Source: Fimbriimonadia bacterium (GTDB taxonomy: Bacteria; Armatimonadota; Fimbriimonadia; Fimbriimonadales; JABRVX01). From it: a DNA stretch of 64,000 nucleotides. A model generated the notes under the pieces. That model did no database searches. It saw only the letters and a program-made list of their open reading frames with translations, and had not been told where the DNA came from. Made by a program: the position numbers and the translations under genes. This document shows positions 1 through 8,773 of the stretch, in pieces. Each line of letters starts with the position of its first letter. The first letter of the stretch is position 1. The stretch covers positions 64,001 through 128,000 of the forward strand of contig JBGPGO010000011.1 of assembly GCA_041483895.1 (NCBI GenBank), written 5' to 3'.

Positions 1-152
1 CTCAGCGGATCGTCTCCTTCCTGCACTCCGTGGCAGGCAAATTGCAGGTATCAGTCCTTCCCAGCCTCCGCTTTCGTGCAGTGTCCCTAACCTTCACGGA
101 GAGAAATGGTACTCGATCCTAAGCACTTTAGATGTGCATCGTAAAGTGATCA

Positions 153-2147
153 TTGGATTTCACGCAAATGTTGGATATCGTGCGATTTGCGATGGTAGAT
201 ATTCATTCCACCCGGGACACGTCCAGCCAGAACCTAGCGATTCAGACTCCTGAATTTGCGGCCGCACTCGCTATGACAGCGGATCAATATCAAGCCCGGT
301 TAGACTCGCTTGTTCGTCAGGGATATCGTCAGACCTGGATCCAAGGACACGGTACAGATTCCGGACCGGCATTGTTCAACGCGATTTGGATTCGTGATCC
401 GGACCCTCCAGCATGGATCGCGGATTTGGACAAGCCCGCAACAGAGTATCTAGCCGCGTTCAAAGAGCGCGCCAAAGCCGATTTGCGTCCTCGCTGCATC
501 TCGTTTTATCGTTCCTTCGGTGAATATCTATTCGCCGCCGTGTGGGACGGGGCCGCGTACGGAACAGTTTGGATCGCCTGCGATGGCGCCGACGATGCCA
601 ATTGTCGAACCGTATTCGAGGATCTGGGTCGCCAAGGATTTAGGCCGGAATTGATAGAGCCCGAACGATTTCCCGCCGATACCAATGGTGCTCTTGACAT
701 CGACGCCAGAAAACTTCATGCCGAAAACTTGTTGGCTGCGGTACACGACAGGCAGCCAGTTGTCTTCTGTGGATATGACACCGAAGCCGGGACTAAGTTC
801 TGCGCGCATTGGGCAAAAGTGAATCGAGAGTTTCACAGAATTGGAAAGTCGCTGCTGACTCCGGCGGATACGGAAACCATTCACAAAACCATCGAAACCT
901 TCATGGCGAAACGCAATATTCCCAATGCATCCCTCGCGATCGCAAACGACGGCAAGCTCAAATTTGCCTATGGGTATCATTACGCATCGGATCATCGCGC
1001 CCCTTCCAATGAATTATCACTTTTCCGAATTGCCAGCATCAGCAAACCGATAACCGGTGCGGCGATCATGAACCTGGTGGAGGATGGCCTGCTTGATCTG
1101 AATGCCCCAGTCTTTCCGTTTTTAGGAATCCACGCCGAACATCCTGGGCAGAATGACATCACAATTCGCCACCTCCTGCAACATCTCGGAGGCTGGAGAA
1201 TCGCCGCCGATATCGACGAATCGATGCTCCGACTTGGCTTCGAGCTTCCGAATCCCGAGGCCGCCAAGTGGATCGATCCGATGTTCCTGGATGACTTCGT
1301 TCCCACCGAACACTTTCCGATAAGCCAACAGCAGATTATCGATTTTGTGGTGAAGAGAACTCTGGATCACATCCCCAGCACGGTATATGAATACTCCAAT
1401 TTTGGCTATTGTCTCTTGGGCCGAGTGATTGAGCAGGTCACAGGAAAAGCATACGAAGACTATTGCAAAGAGAAGATTCTGTCACCCCTCGGAATCGTTC
1501 GCACGAAAGTCGGAAGTACTCTCTTCGAGAAGAAGGACCCGGACGAGGTTCATTACTTCACTCGCGGCGCGGGCCTGTGCCCAAGTGTGATGGGGGGGCC
1601 TCCTCGTCCGGAAGCGATGATGGCTTACGGTGGATTCAATTTAGAAAACATGGATTCCCACGGCGGCTGGATTTCATCCGCGGCAGACCTGGTGCGATTT
1701 GGTTCTTGCTTTGACGATCCGGCCACTTGCAAAATCTTGCGGCAAGATTCCGTCGAAATGATGTTTGCGCCGCCGCCTGCTCCATTCCCCCTCGCGCCTG
1801 ATGCCAAGAGCTGGTATGCGTGCGGATGGAGGGTGGAGATTGACGCAAACGGCCGGATGATGACGAGACACGCCGGCAGCCTACCGGGGACCGCAACCGA
1901 GTTGGTCCGCCGCCACAATAACCAAGGAAGTCGCTGCACATTCTCCGTGCTGCTCAACAAGCGACATCCATCCGCGGATCCGCCCAATGATCTGCCCGGC
2001 TTTCTTGAATACCAATCGAACCCGGATCCAAATCCCGACATCGATTGGAACATCCGCGGCATCGTGGAGGGACTGATCGACAGCATATCCTCTTGGCCCG
2101 ATGGAAATCTGTTTGGACAGTATTATCCGCATCCCCAGGGCATGTGA
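153..2147 (+). CDS. Serine hydrolase, beta-lactamase class C-like, with N-terminal polyglycine-hydrolase-like structural repeats
   Basis: SxxK (FRIASISKPIT), YxN (YEYSNFGY) and HxG (RHAGSLPG) motifs; N-terminal ~50-aa repeats of type QGYR...FNAIW / FAAVW. Start codon uncertain (TTG 153, ATG 168 or ATG 192). Confidence 0.85.
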   Translation: MDFTQMLDIVRFAMVDIHSTRDTSSQNLAIQTPEFAAALAMTADQYQARLDSLVRQGYRQTWIQGHGTDSGPALFNAIWIRDPDPPAWIADLDKPATEYLAAFKERAKADLRPRCISFYRSFGEYLFAAVWDGAAYGTVWIACDGADDANCRTVFEDLGRQGFRPELIEPERFPADTNGALDIDARKLHAENLLAAVHDRQPVVFCGYDTEAGTKFCAHWAKVNREFHRIGKSLLTPADTETIHKTIETFMAKRNIPNASLAIANDGKLKFAYGYHYASDHRAPSNELSLFRIASISKPITGAAIMNLVEDGLLDLNAPVFPFLGIHAEHPGQNDITIRHLLQHLGGWRIAADIDESMLRLGFELPNPEAAKWIDPMFLDDFVPTEHFPISQQQIIDFVVKRTLDHIPSTVYEYSNFGYCLLGRVIEQVTGKAYEDYCKEKILSPLGIVRTKVGSTLFEKKDPDEVHYFTRGAGLCPSVMGGPPRPEAMMAYGGFNLENMDSHGGWISSAADLVRFGSCFDDPATCKILRQDSVEMMFAPPPAPFPLAPDAKSWYACGWRVEIDANGRMMTRHAGSLPGTATELVRRHNNQGSRCTFSVLLNKRHPSADPPNDLPGFLEYQSNPDPNPDIDWNIRGIVEGLIDSISSWPDGNLFGQYYPHPQGM

Positions 2148-2312
2148 TCTTCCCCGTCACCCGTATCATTTCCTAGGGCGCGCATTGAATCTCGAGAGGA
2201 AGTTTTCGATTGCCAATGGCCCTCACAACGGGGGCAGGTCATTGGGACTGGAATATCAAAAGGCATTTAGCCTCCTAATCTGCGAGCGGGCGCCCAGGGT
2301 AAGATTTACGAC

Positions 2313-4043
2313 ATGAGCCTCTTGATTGCCCTTACCATGCTGTTCGCTTCCGGAGTTTTCGTCCAAAGCCCTGACCCCTATGCCAACGAGACGGTGTCGC
2401 AGCGCGATGCCCGCATGAAGTGGTTTCGCGAAGCTCGCTTTGGGTTGTTCATCCATTGGGGCGTCTACTCGGTCCCTGCCGGAACCTATGACGGCAAAGA
2501 AATCGACGGGGCCGGCGAGTGGATCATGCATGAAGGCAAAATCCCGACCGCTCGATACCAAGCCTATGCAAAACAGTTCAACCCCGTCAAATTCAACGCC
2601 GAAACTTGGGTCCAAATCGCGAAGAGCGCGGGAATGAAATACATCGTGATCACCTCAAAACACCACGATGGGTTTGCCATGTTCAATTCGGCGACCTCCC
2701 CTTGGAGTATTACGCAAGCGACGCCGTTTGGCCGCGATCCGCTAAAGGAGCTGGCCGCCGCCTGCAAGAAATACGGCATGAAGTTGGGCTTTTACTACTC
2801 CCAAGCCCAGGACTGGAATCATCCGGGCGGCGCCGCCGCCGGAGGGCATTGGGACAAAGCGCAAGACGGCGACATGACCGAGTACATCAAGAACATCGCG
2901 GCGCCCCAGGTTCGGGAGATTCTCACCAAGTACGGAAAGGTGGCCTGTCTTTGGTGGGACACCCCCTATGACATGACGAAGGAGAGAGCGGACCTGCTTC
3001 TGCCATTGCTCAAGTTGCAGCCAGGGATCATCAACAACAATCGCCTTGGCGGCGGCTATCACGGCGACACCGAGACCCCCGAACAGTTCGTTCCCGCCAC
3101 GGGCTATCCGGGACGGGACTGGGAAACATGCATGACCATGAACGATACCTGGGGGTACAAGAGCACCGATCACAACTGGAAGTCCTCGACGGAATTGATT
3201 CGAAATCTGGTTGATATCGCATCCAAAGGCGGCAACTACTTGCTCAACGTCGGGCCGACGAACTTAGGGGAGATTCCGGCCGCTTCGGTGGAGCGGCTCC
3301 AGGCGATGGGAGAGTGGATGCACGAGAATAGCGAGGCCATCTATGCAACGACGGCAAGCCCGTTCAAGAAACTCAGTTGGGGCCGATGCACGAAGGTGCT
3401 GAACAGATCAGGCGCGACTCTCTACCTTCACGTTTTCGACTGGCCGGCGAATCGAGAGCTGCTGATTCCTGGACTAAAGAACGAGACGTCGGGCGCCTCG
3501 ATGCTCGTCGGCGGTGAGAAACTGGTTGCTAAAAACACCCCGGACGGAGTGGTTATTTCGCTGCCCGCGAAGGCCCCGGATTCTGTCTCCTCGACAGTTG
3601 TCCTCAAGGTCAAGGGTTCGCTGGCGATCGAGCAGCCTGTCATCACTCAAAGCGCTGACAAGTCTCTCTCCCTCCAACCTGCCGACGCGATCCTACATGG
3701 CGCCGGCATCCAAACTGAAGGTGGCGGCGAACACGAGAATATCGGCTACTGGACGAACCCTGGTGATTGGGTCGAGTGGCAATTCAAGGCCCTCTCCTCC
3801 GGGAAGTACGCCTTGTCCGCTGAGGTGGCATCGCAGGCGGGCACGTCAATCGCCCTTACTATGGGAGGGCAGACGCTCAATGTGACGATTCCAAAGACCG
3901 GGAGCTATTCGGACTATCAGCGGCTGACTTTCGGGGAGATCGAGATACCCCGAACCGGTCTGACATCGTTGGCGATTAGAGCGGTTACGAATGGATGGCA
4001 GCCCTTCAACCTGAGAACGATCAACATGGTACCGGTTCGATAA
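2313..4043 (+). CDS. Alpha-L-fucosidase (GH29) with C-terminal CBM6/CBM35-like domain, secreted
   Basis: Signal peptide; WFREARFGLFIHWG, KHHDGF, WWD nucleophile, WETCMT, GNYLLNVGP; C-terminal IGYWTNPGDWVEW jelly-roll. Confidence 0.92.
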   Translation: MSLLIALTMLFASGVFVQSPDPYANETVSQRDARMKWFREARFGLFIHWGVYSVPAGTYDGKEIDGAGEWIMHEGKIPTARYQAYAKQFNPVKFNAETWVQIAKSAGMKYIVITSKHHDGFAMFNSATSPWSITQATPFGRDPLKELAAACKKYGMKLGFYYSQAQDWNHPGGAAAGGHWDKAQDGDMTEYIKNIAAPQVREILTKYGKVACLWWDTPYDMTKERADLLLPLLKLQPGIINNNRLGGGYHGDTETPEQFVPATGYPGRDWETCMTMNDTWGYKSTDHNWKSSTELIRNLVDIASKGGNYLLNVGPTNLGEIPAASVERLQAMGEWMHENSEAIYATTASPFKKLSWGRCTKVLNRSGATLYLHVFDWPANRELLIPGLKNETSGASMLVGGEKLVAKNTPDGVVISLPAKAPDSVSSTVVLKVKGSLAIEQPVITQSADKSLSLQPADAILHGAGIQTEGGGEHENIGYWTNPGDWVEWQFKALSSGKYALSAEVASQAGTSIALTMGGQTLNVTIPKTGSYSDYQRLTFGEIEIPRTGLTSLAIRAVTNGWQPFNLRTINMVPVR

Positions 4044-4368
4044 GAGTTGGTTCTCCTCTTGCAATCCTGAGGGATCACCTTTGATCCTCGCGCATGTATG
4101 TCAGTGCTGGTTAGCGCCGTGATTCGTCATGCCGCGGGCTAGAACCTTGTCTATGTGGAAGATCGGTCGGCCAAGTTTCAGTCCGACAAAGTGCGTGGCG
4201 ATTTCATAGCGGTCTCCGCCGTTTACACTCTTCATATCTAGCGTTTGCCGTCGAACCAGCCCATTCTTCATTAAACCGAAGATATCACAAGTGATATACG
4301 AGCCGCGACGTTTCAAGAATCGATTCACCCAAATAGTTCCCGCCACGGGGCAATTCCGGTCAAATTGA

Positions 4369-5331
4369 TTAAGCAACTGAGCGTCTCTTCAAGCGGTCCA
4401 GAAGCACGGCGGCGAGAAGGATCGCGCCGCTGATGAGATACTGATAGAAAGTGGGAACGCTCTTCAAATCCATAATGTTCTGCACGGTGCCCATGATCAG
4501 CACGCCGACAATCACGTGGTGGATCGAGCCGATACCGCCGGTTAAGGAAACTCCTCCAAGCACACAGGCGCTGATGACCCGCAATTCGAGCCCGACCATC
4601 CCCTTCGGGTCGCCTAGCTGCTGTTGCGCGGCACTCACTACGCCTGCGAGCCCGGCAAGAAACGACTGAAGTGTAAAGATGGCGATCTTCGTCCGCACCG
4701 TTGGGATGCCGGCCAGCCGCGCCGCCTCCCGGTTACCGCCGATCGCCAATGCGTTTCGTCCAAATACGGTCATATGGAGGAGAAATCCGAAGGCCGCGAC
4801 GCAAAGGATGAAGGTCCAGATCGGTACTGGCAGACCGAGAAAGCTGTGGGTACCAAGGCTTGCGAAAACCTCGCTGCCAATCCCAAGCGAGTTGCCGTCG
4901 TGCAACAGGTAGGCCAATCCCCGGACGATCTGCATTGTCGCCAACGTCGTGATTAGGGCGTTGATGCCGAACGAAGCGATGATGATCCCATTAAACAGCC
5001 CGATGCAGGAACAGGCGAGGAGACAGATGGGAACCGCCAAGATGGAGCCACCCATTCGATCGAGCAGAACCGCGGTGAGCATCCCAGCGAACGCCGCCAC
5101 CGATCCGACGGATAGATCGAAGTCGCCCGCCGCTAGGCAGAGCAGCATGCCACAGGAGACAATCCCCGTGGTGGTGACGGAAAGGCCCAGAGAATAGATC
5201 AAGTTCGTCTGGGTGAGAAAGTTGTTCACGGTGAGCGACGCGAAGACGAAGAGCGCGCCGAACAGGATGACCATCCCGCCGTTGTCCCAAAGGTTCCGGA
5301 ACCACTCGGCACGTTTCGATTCGGTCTTCAC
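4369..5331 (-). CDS. araH: L-arabinose ABC transporter permease
   Basis: CUT2 permease motifs (GDFDLSVGS, FGRNALAIGGNREAARLAGI, ISACVLGGVSLTGG); N-terminal WDNGGM as in AraH; follows araFG. Confidence 0.85.
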   Translation of the reverse strand: MKTESKRAEWFRNLWDNGGMVILFGALFVFASLTVNNFLTQTNLIYSLGLSVTTTGIVSCGMLLCLAAGDFDLSVGSVAAFAGMLTAVLLDRMGGSILAVPICLLACSCIGLFNGIIIASFGINALITTLATMQIVRGLAYLLHDGNSLGIGSEVFASLGTHSFLGLPVPIWTFILCVAAFGFLLHMTVFGRNALAIGGNREAARLAGIPTVRTKIAIFTLQSFLAGLAGVVSAAQQQLGDPKGMVGLELRVISACVLGGVSLTGGIGSIHHVIVGVLIMGTVQNIMDLKSVPTFYQYLISGAILLAAVLLDRLKRRSVA

Positions 5332-6836
5332 GATGCCGACTCCGACTGCGGCAGGGCGAGTTCCAAGAGCGCGTCAGCCGTCGCGTTCTCGCGGGTGAGC
5401 TCGCCAACCAGCACACCCTCCCGCATGACGTACACACGGTCGCTCAGACCAAGCACCTCTGGGATCTCGCTCGACGCAAAAAGAACGGCGGCCCCGCCCT
5501 TCGCCAGGTCACGAATGATCCCGTAGATCTCTTCCTTTGCGCCGATGTCGATTCCTCGCGTCGGTTCGTCCAGCAACAAAACTCCCACTTTGTGGCTTAG
5601 CACGCGGCCCAGGATCGCCTTTTGTTGATTCCCGCCAGATAGGTTTTCGATCGATTGCGACAGGCCGGCAATCCGGATACGAAATCGTTCGACCGCCGCT
5701 TTCGCATTCCGTCGCTCGCGCCGGGGGTCGATCACGAAACCAAGCGGCGAAAACCGGTGGCGGACGCCGAGGTTGATATTGTCCTGCACGCTGGCCATCG
5801 GCACGATGCCTTCCGCCTTGCGATCCTCTGGGCACCAAGCCAATCCGCGGCGAAGCGATGCTGTTGGAGTGCTCGTCGCAATGGGACGTCCGTTCGCCTG
5901 CACTCGCCCGCTTCGTCGTTTCGTCGCGCCGTAAATCAGTTTGAGCGCCTCCGTTCGGCCCGCCCCGACAAGTCCGAACAACCCAACGATCTCGCCACCC
6001 CGAACCGAGAGCGTGACGGGGCGCGCGATCCCAGGCCCCATCACATCCGATACATCGAGCGCCACACCGCCGTGGGGTTGGGTCCCAATTGGAGCGATGA
6101 GGCCACCCACCTCTCGCCCCACCATCAGCCGAACCAAATCCTTCTTCGTGACAGTCTCCAATTGGGGAAAGGTCTCGATATGCTTGCCGTCCCGAAACAC
6201 CGTGACCGCGCCGCACAGTTCGAAGATTTCTTCCATTCGATGTGACACATAGAGGATCACTCTGCCCTCATCTCGCAATTGGCGAATCACCGCAAACAGC
6301 CGAGCCACCTCCCTGCCGCTGAGGGAACTGGTCGGCTCATCGAAGGCCAGCACCTTCGCGTCATACGACAGCGCCCGAGCGATCTCCACTATCTGCCGCT
6401 GACCGATGGGAAGGGACCCCAATCGCGCTCGCGGGTTGATCTCCTCTCCTACCCAACGAAGCAGCCGTTCCGCCTCACGTGCCAAGGTTCCGCGGCGGAT
6501 GCAGCCAAACCGGTGAGGCAGGTGACCGAGGAACAGGTTGTCCGCGACGGAAAGATTGTCGACGAGCTGCAGCTCTTGATGGATGATCGCGATGCCGCCT
6601 GCGATTGCCTCGTAGGTGTTGCGAAAATTCCTCTCTTTGCCGCCCAGCCGGATGAGGCCTTCGTCGGCGCGATACGCGCCGCTCAATATCTTGAGCAGCG
6701 TGCTCTTACCCGCCCCGTTTTCTCCGATCAGGGCATGGACGGTACCAGCGCCAACTCCAAACGAGATGGCGTCCAATGCACGGACGCCGGGGAAGCTTTT
6801 CCCGATGCCCTCGAACTCCAGGAACGGTGCGCTCAC
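5328..6836 (-). CDS. araG: L-arabinose ABC transporter ATP-binding protein (two NBDs)
   Basis: GENGAGKST, AFDEPTSSLS, LSGGNQQK, DEPTRGID; 4-nt overlap with the permease. Confidence 0.88.
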   Translation of the reverse strand: MSAPFLEFEGIGKSFPGVRALDAISFGVGAGTVHALIGENGAGKSTLLKILSGAYRADEGLIRLGGKERNFRNTYEAIAGGIAIIHQELQLVDNLSVADNLFLGHLPHRFGCIRRGTLAREAERLLRWVGEEINPRARLGSLPIGQRQIVEIARALSYDAKVLAFDEPTSSLSGREVARLFAVIRQLRDEGRVILYVSHRMEEIFELCGAVTVFRDGKHIETFPQLETVTKKDLVRLMVGREVGGLIAPIGTQPHGGVALDVSDVMGPGIARPVTLSVRGGEIVGLFGLVGAGRTEALKLIYGATKRRSGRVQANGRPIATSTPTASLRRGLAWCPEDRKAEGIVPMASVQDNINLGVRHRFSPLGFVIDPRRERRNAKAAVERFRIRIAGLSQSIENLSGGNQQKAILGRVLSHKVGVLLLDEPTRGIDIGAKEEIYGIIRDLAKGGAAVLFASSEIPEVLGLSDRVYVMREGVLVGELTRENATADALLELALPQSESAS

Positions 6837-6844
6837 GATTGCAG

Positions 6845-7879
6845 TTAGTGCGGAAGCCCTTGGCTATCCAGAATTCGCCTGTAGTTGTCGCGCGTGATCA
6901 GGATTCCGTCGGTGTAGGTGATCTTCGGCGGCTCTTTCCCCTCCGTGAGCCACTTGAACATCATCTCACATGTGTCGAAGCCGTGCCGCTTCGCCTGCAG
7001 AAGAATGGAGCCATACAGGCCGGTCGGCCTCGGCTTTTTGAGGTCTTCCACCGCCGAATCACCGTTGATGCCGATGCCGATCACTCGGCCGGCAGGGATA
7101 TTGAATGCTTCCGTCGCGCGGACGGCGCCCATCACACCCGTGTCGTTCATCGAAGCGATAAGCCAGTTCTTCACGTTCGGGTTTTGCGTGAGCACGACGG
7201 TCGCCGCGTCGCGGCTGCCGGGAATGTCCGTCGTCTTAATCGGCGAGCGAATGATCTTGTCCTTCGGAAATCCACCGGCGATTGCCGCCTCGATCGCTCC
7301 CTCTGTTCGCTCACGCGCCGTGTCGAGCTGATCGTAGGTCAACACCATCATCGAGGTTTCTTCCGTTTTCCATGCGCGCTTCTTCATTTCTCCGAGAATC
7401 AAAGTGCCGACGGTGTTCCCGATCTTGCGGGCACTGATGCCGACGTGAGGCACGTCGAGGAACTTGCCGTCCGGCCCAACCAACTGGTCGTCAACCGTCA
7501 ACAGCTTGAGGTTTCGCTGCTTCGCGCGGGCAACGATCGCGGATCCAAGTTTCACGTCGGGCGTGCAGAGGATGAGCCCCTGGGCGCCCTGCGCCGCCAC
7601 GTTCTCGATCTTAGAGAGCACCTGGTCGCCGTCGGGCGCGCCAATTGTGATTAGCTCGAAGCCGTATTTCTTCGATGCCTCGCCGGCGAACCGCCATTCG
7701 AGCTGAAACCAGGGTTCTTCCGGCTGCTTCACCATGAAGGCGATTTTCACCTTGCCCTGCGGCACTTTGCCCGTTCCTGTGGTGGTCTTGTCCGAGCTGC
7801 AGCCCGCGAACAGCGTGAGGATAGCTACGGCAAGGAGTGGCCGGACTGGGTTGAATGGCGGGATGTACTTGTTTCGCAT
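6845..7879 (-). CDS. araF: L-arabinose ABC transporter substrate-binding lipoprotein
   Basis: Lipobox FAGC; AraF signatures VKQPEEPWFQLEW, CTPDVKLG, MNDTGVMGAVRATE, GIGING. Confidence 0.9.
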   Translation of the reverse strand: MRNKYIPPFNPVRPLLAVAILTLFAGCSSDKTTTGTGKVPQGKVKIAFMVKQPEEPWFQLEWRFAGEASKKYGFELITIGAPDGDQVLSKIENVAAQGAQGLILCTPDVKLGSAIVARAKQRNLKLLTVDDQLVGPDGKFLDVPHVGISARKIGNTVGTLILGEMKKRAWKTEETSMMVLTYDQLDTARERTEGAIEAAIAGGFPKDKIIRSPIKTTDIPGSRDAATVVLTQNPNVKNWLIASMNDTGVMGAVRATEAFNIPAGRVIGIGINGDSAVEDLKKPRPTGLYGSILLQAKRHGFDTCEMMFKWLTEGKEPPKITYTDGILITRDNYRRILDSQGLPH

Positions 7880-7898
7880 TTTTTGATCTTCCCTTTGA

Positions 7899-8214
7899 CT
7901 GGATGCGACCGGTCTCCCGACCGAGTCGCAAGTTCATCGCAAGTTTCCTGGATGCCTCTGGATGCGACCGGTCTCCTGACCGAGCCGCAAGTTCTCAGAT
8001 TGCGCCGATAACCCTCTGGATGCGACCGGTCTCCTGACCGAGTCGCAAGTTCTCAGATTGCGCCGACAACAATGCTACTAACCCTCTGGATGCGACCGGT
8101 CTCCCGACCGAGTCGCAAGTTCTCGGATTGCGCCGACAACAATGCTACTAACCCTCTGTATGCGACCGGTCCCCTGACCGAATCGCAAGTTCTCGGATTG
8201 CGCCGAAAACAATG
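7899..8214 (+). repeat. Tandem array of five REP-like palindromes CTGGATGCGACCGGTCTCCYGACCGAGTCGCAAGTTC
   Basis: Copies start at 7899, 7958, 8016, 8086 and 8156; hairpin TGCGAC-CGGTC/GACCG-A-GTCGCA; linkers are themselves near-identical (TCRGATTGCGCCGACAACAATG...). Confidence 0.9.
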
Positions 8215-8372
8215 GTACGACGAAACAATGCGATTCTCCTGGGCGCCACGCGATTCGAATGGGGCAGCGCACCGGTCCGGAGCCACGATGCTGACGGAAT
8301 CACGACAAAATCTACCTGTGGCAGTGATCCACGGTGTCCTCGCGCTGCTGTACGACATCCGCTCGCCGGCTG

Positions 8373-8720
8373 TTATTCTCCTGGACCACCGGCCGTCTTG
8401 GCGGATTTCAGCATGGTCAAGAGCATCACCATGGGGGCCTTCGCGACAACCCTGTGGGAGAGGTTGGCGGGCATGTACGCCAAACTGCCTGCCGACGCCT
8501 CGTGGACCTCATTGCCGAGGGCCAGGGTCGCCGCTCCACTCAAGATGTGAATGATGGCGGGAACCGAAGCAGTATGCTCCGAGAGTTCCTGACCGGCATC
8601 GAACCCGAAGATGACAATCCGCACATTCTCGTTTGATACCAGCGCGCGGCTCGTGATACCATCCTTCGGGATTTCGACCTCTGCCATCAGGTCAGCAATG
8701 GTACGATTTTCGTCGGTCAT
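8373..8720 (-). CDS. Cupin domain protein
   Basis: FGFDAGQELSEHTAS and YMPANLSHRV cupin motifs. Confidence 0.85.
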   Translation of the reverse strand: MTDENRTIADLMAEVEIPKDGITSRALVSNENVRIVIFGFDAGQELSEHTASVPAIIHILSGAATLALGNEVHEASAGSLAYMPANLSHRVVAKAPMVMLLTMLKSAKTAGGPGE

Positions 8721-8773
8721 GGGCAGCCTCACAGCGATCATAGCTCAAAATGGGACGCCGGGGCGCGGCTGCT

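Noticed and set aside
4101..4376. 91-aa ORF after araH
   Set aside because: No recognisable motif and atypical composition; may be spurious or debris.
7899..8214. CRISPR array (37-nt palindromic repeats, ~33-nt gaps)
   Set aside because: The gaps are copies of each other, the period is irregular, the unit occurs singly elsewhere, and no cas genes are present.
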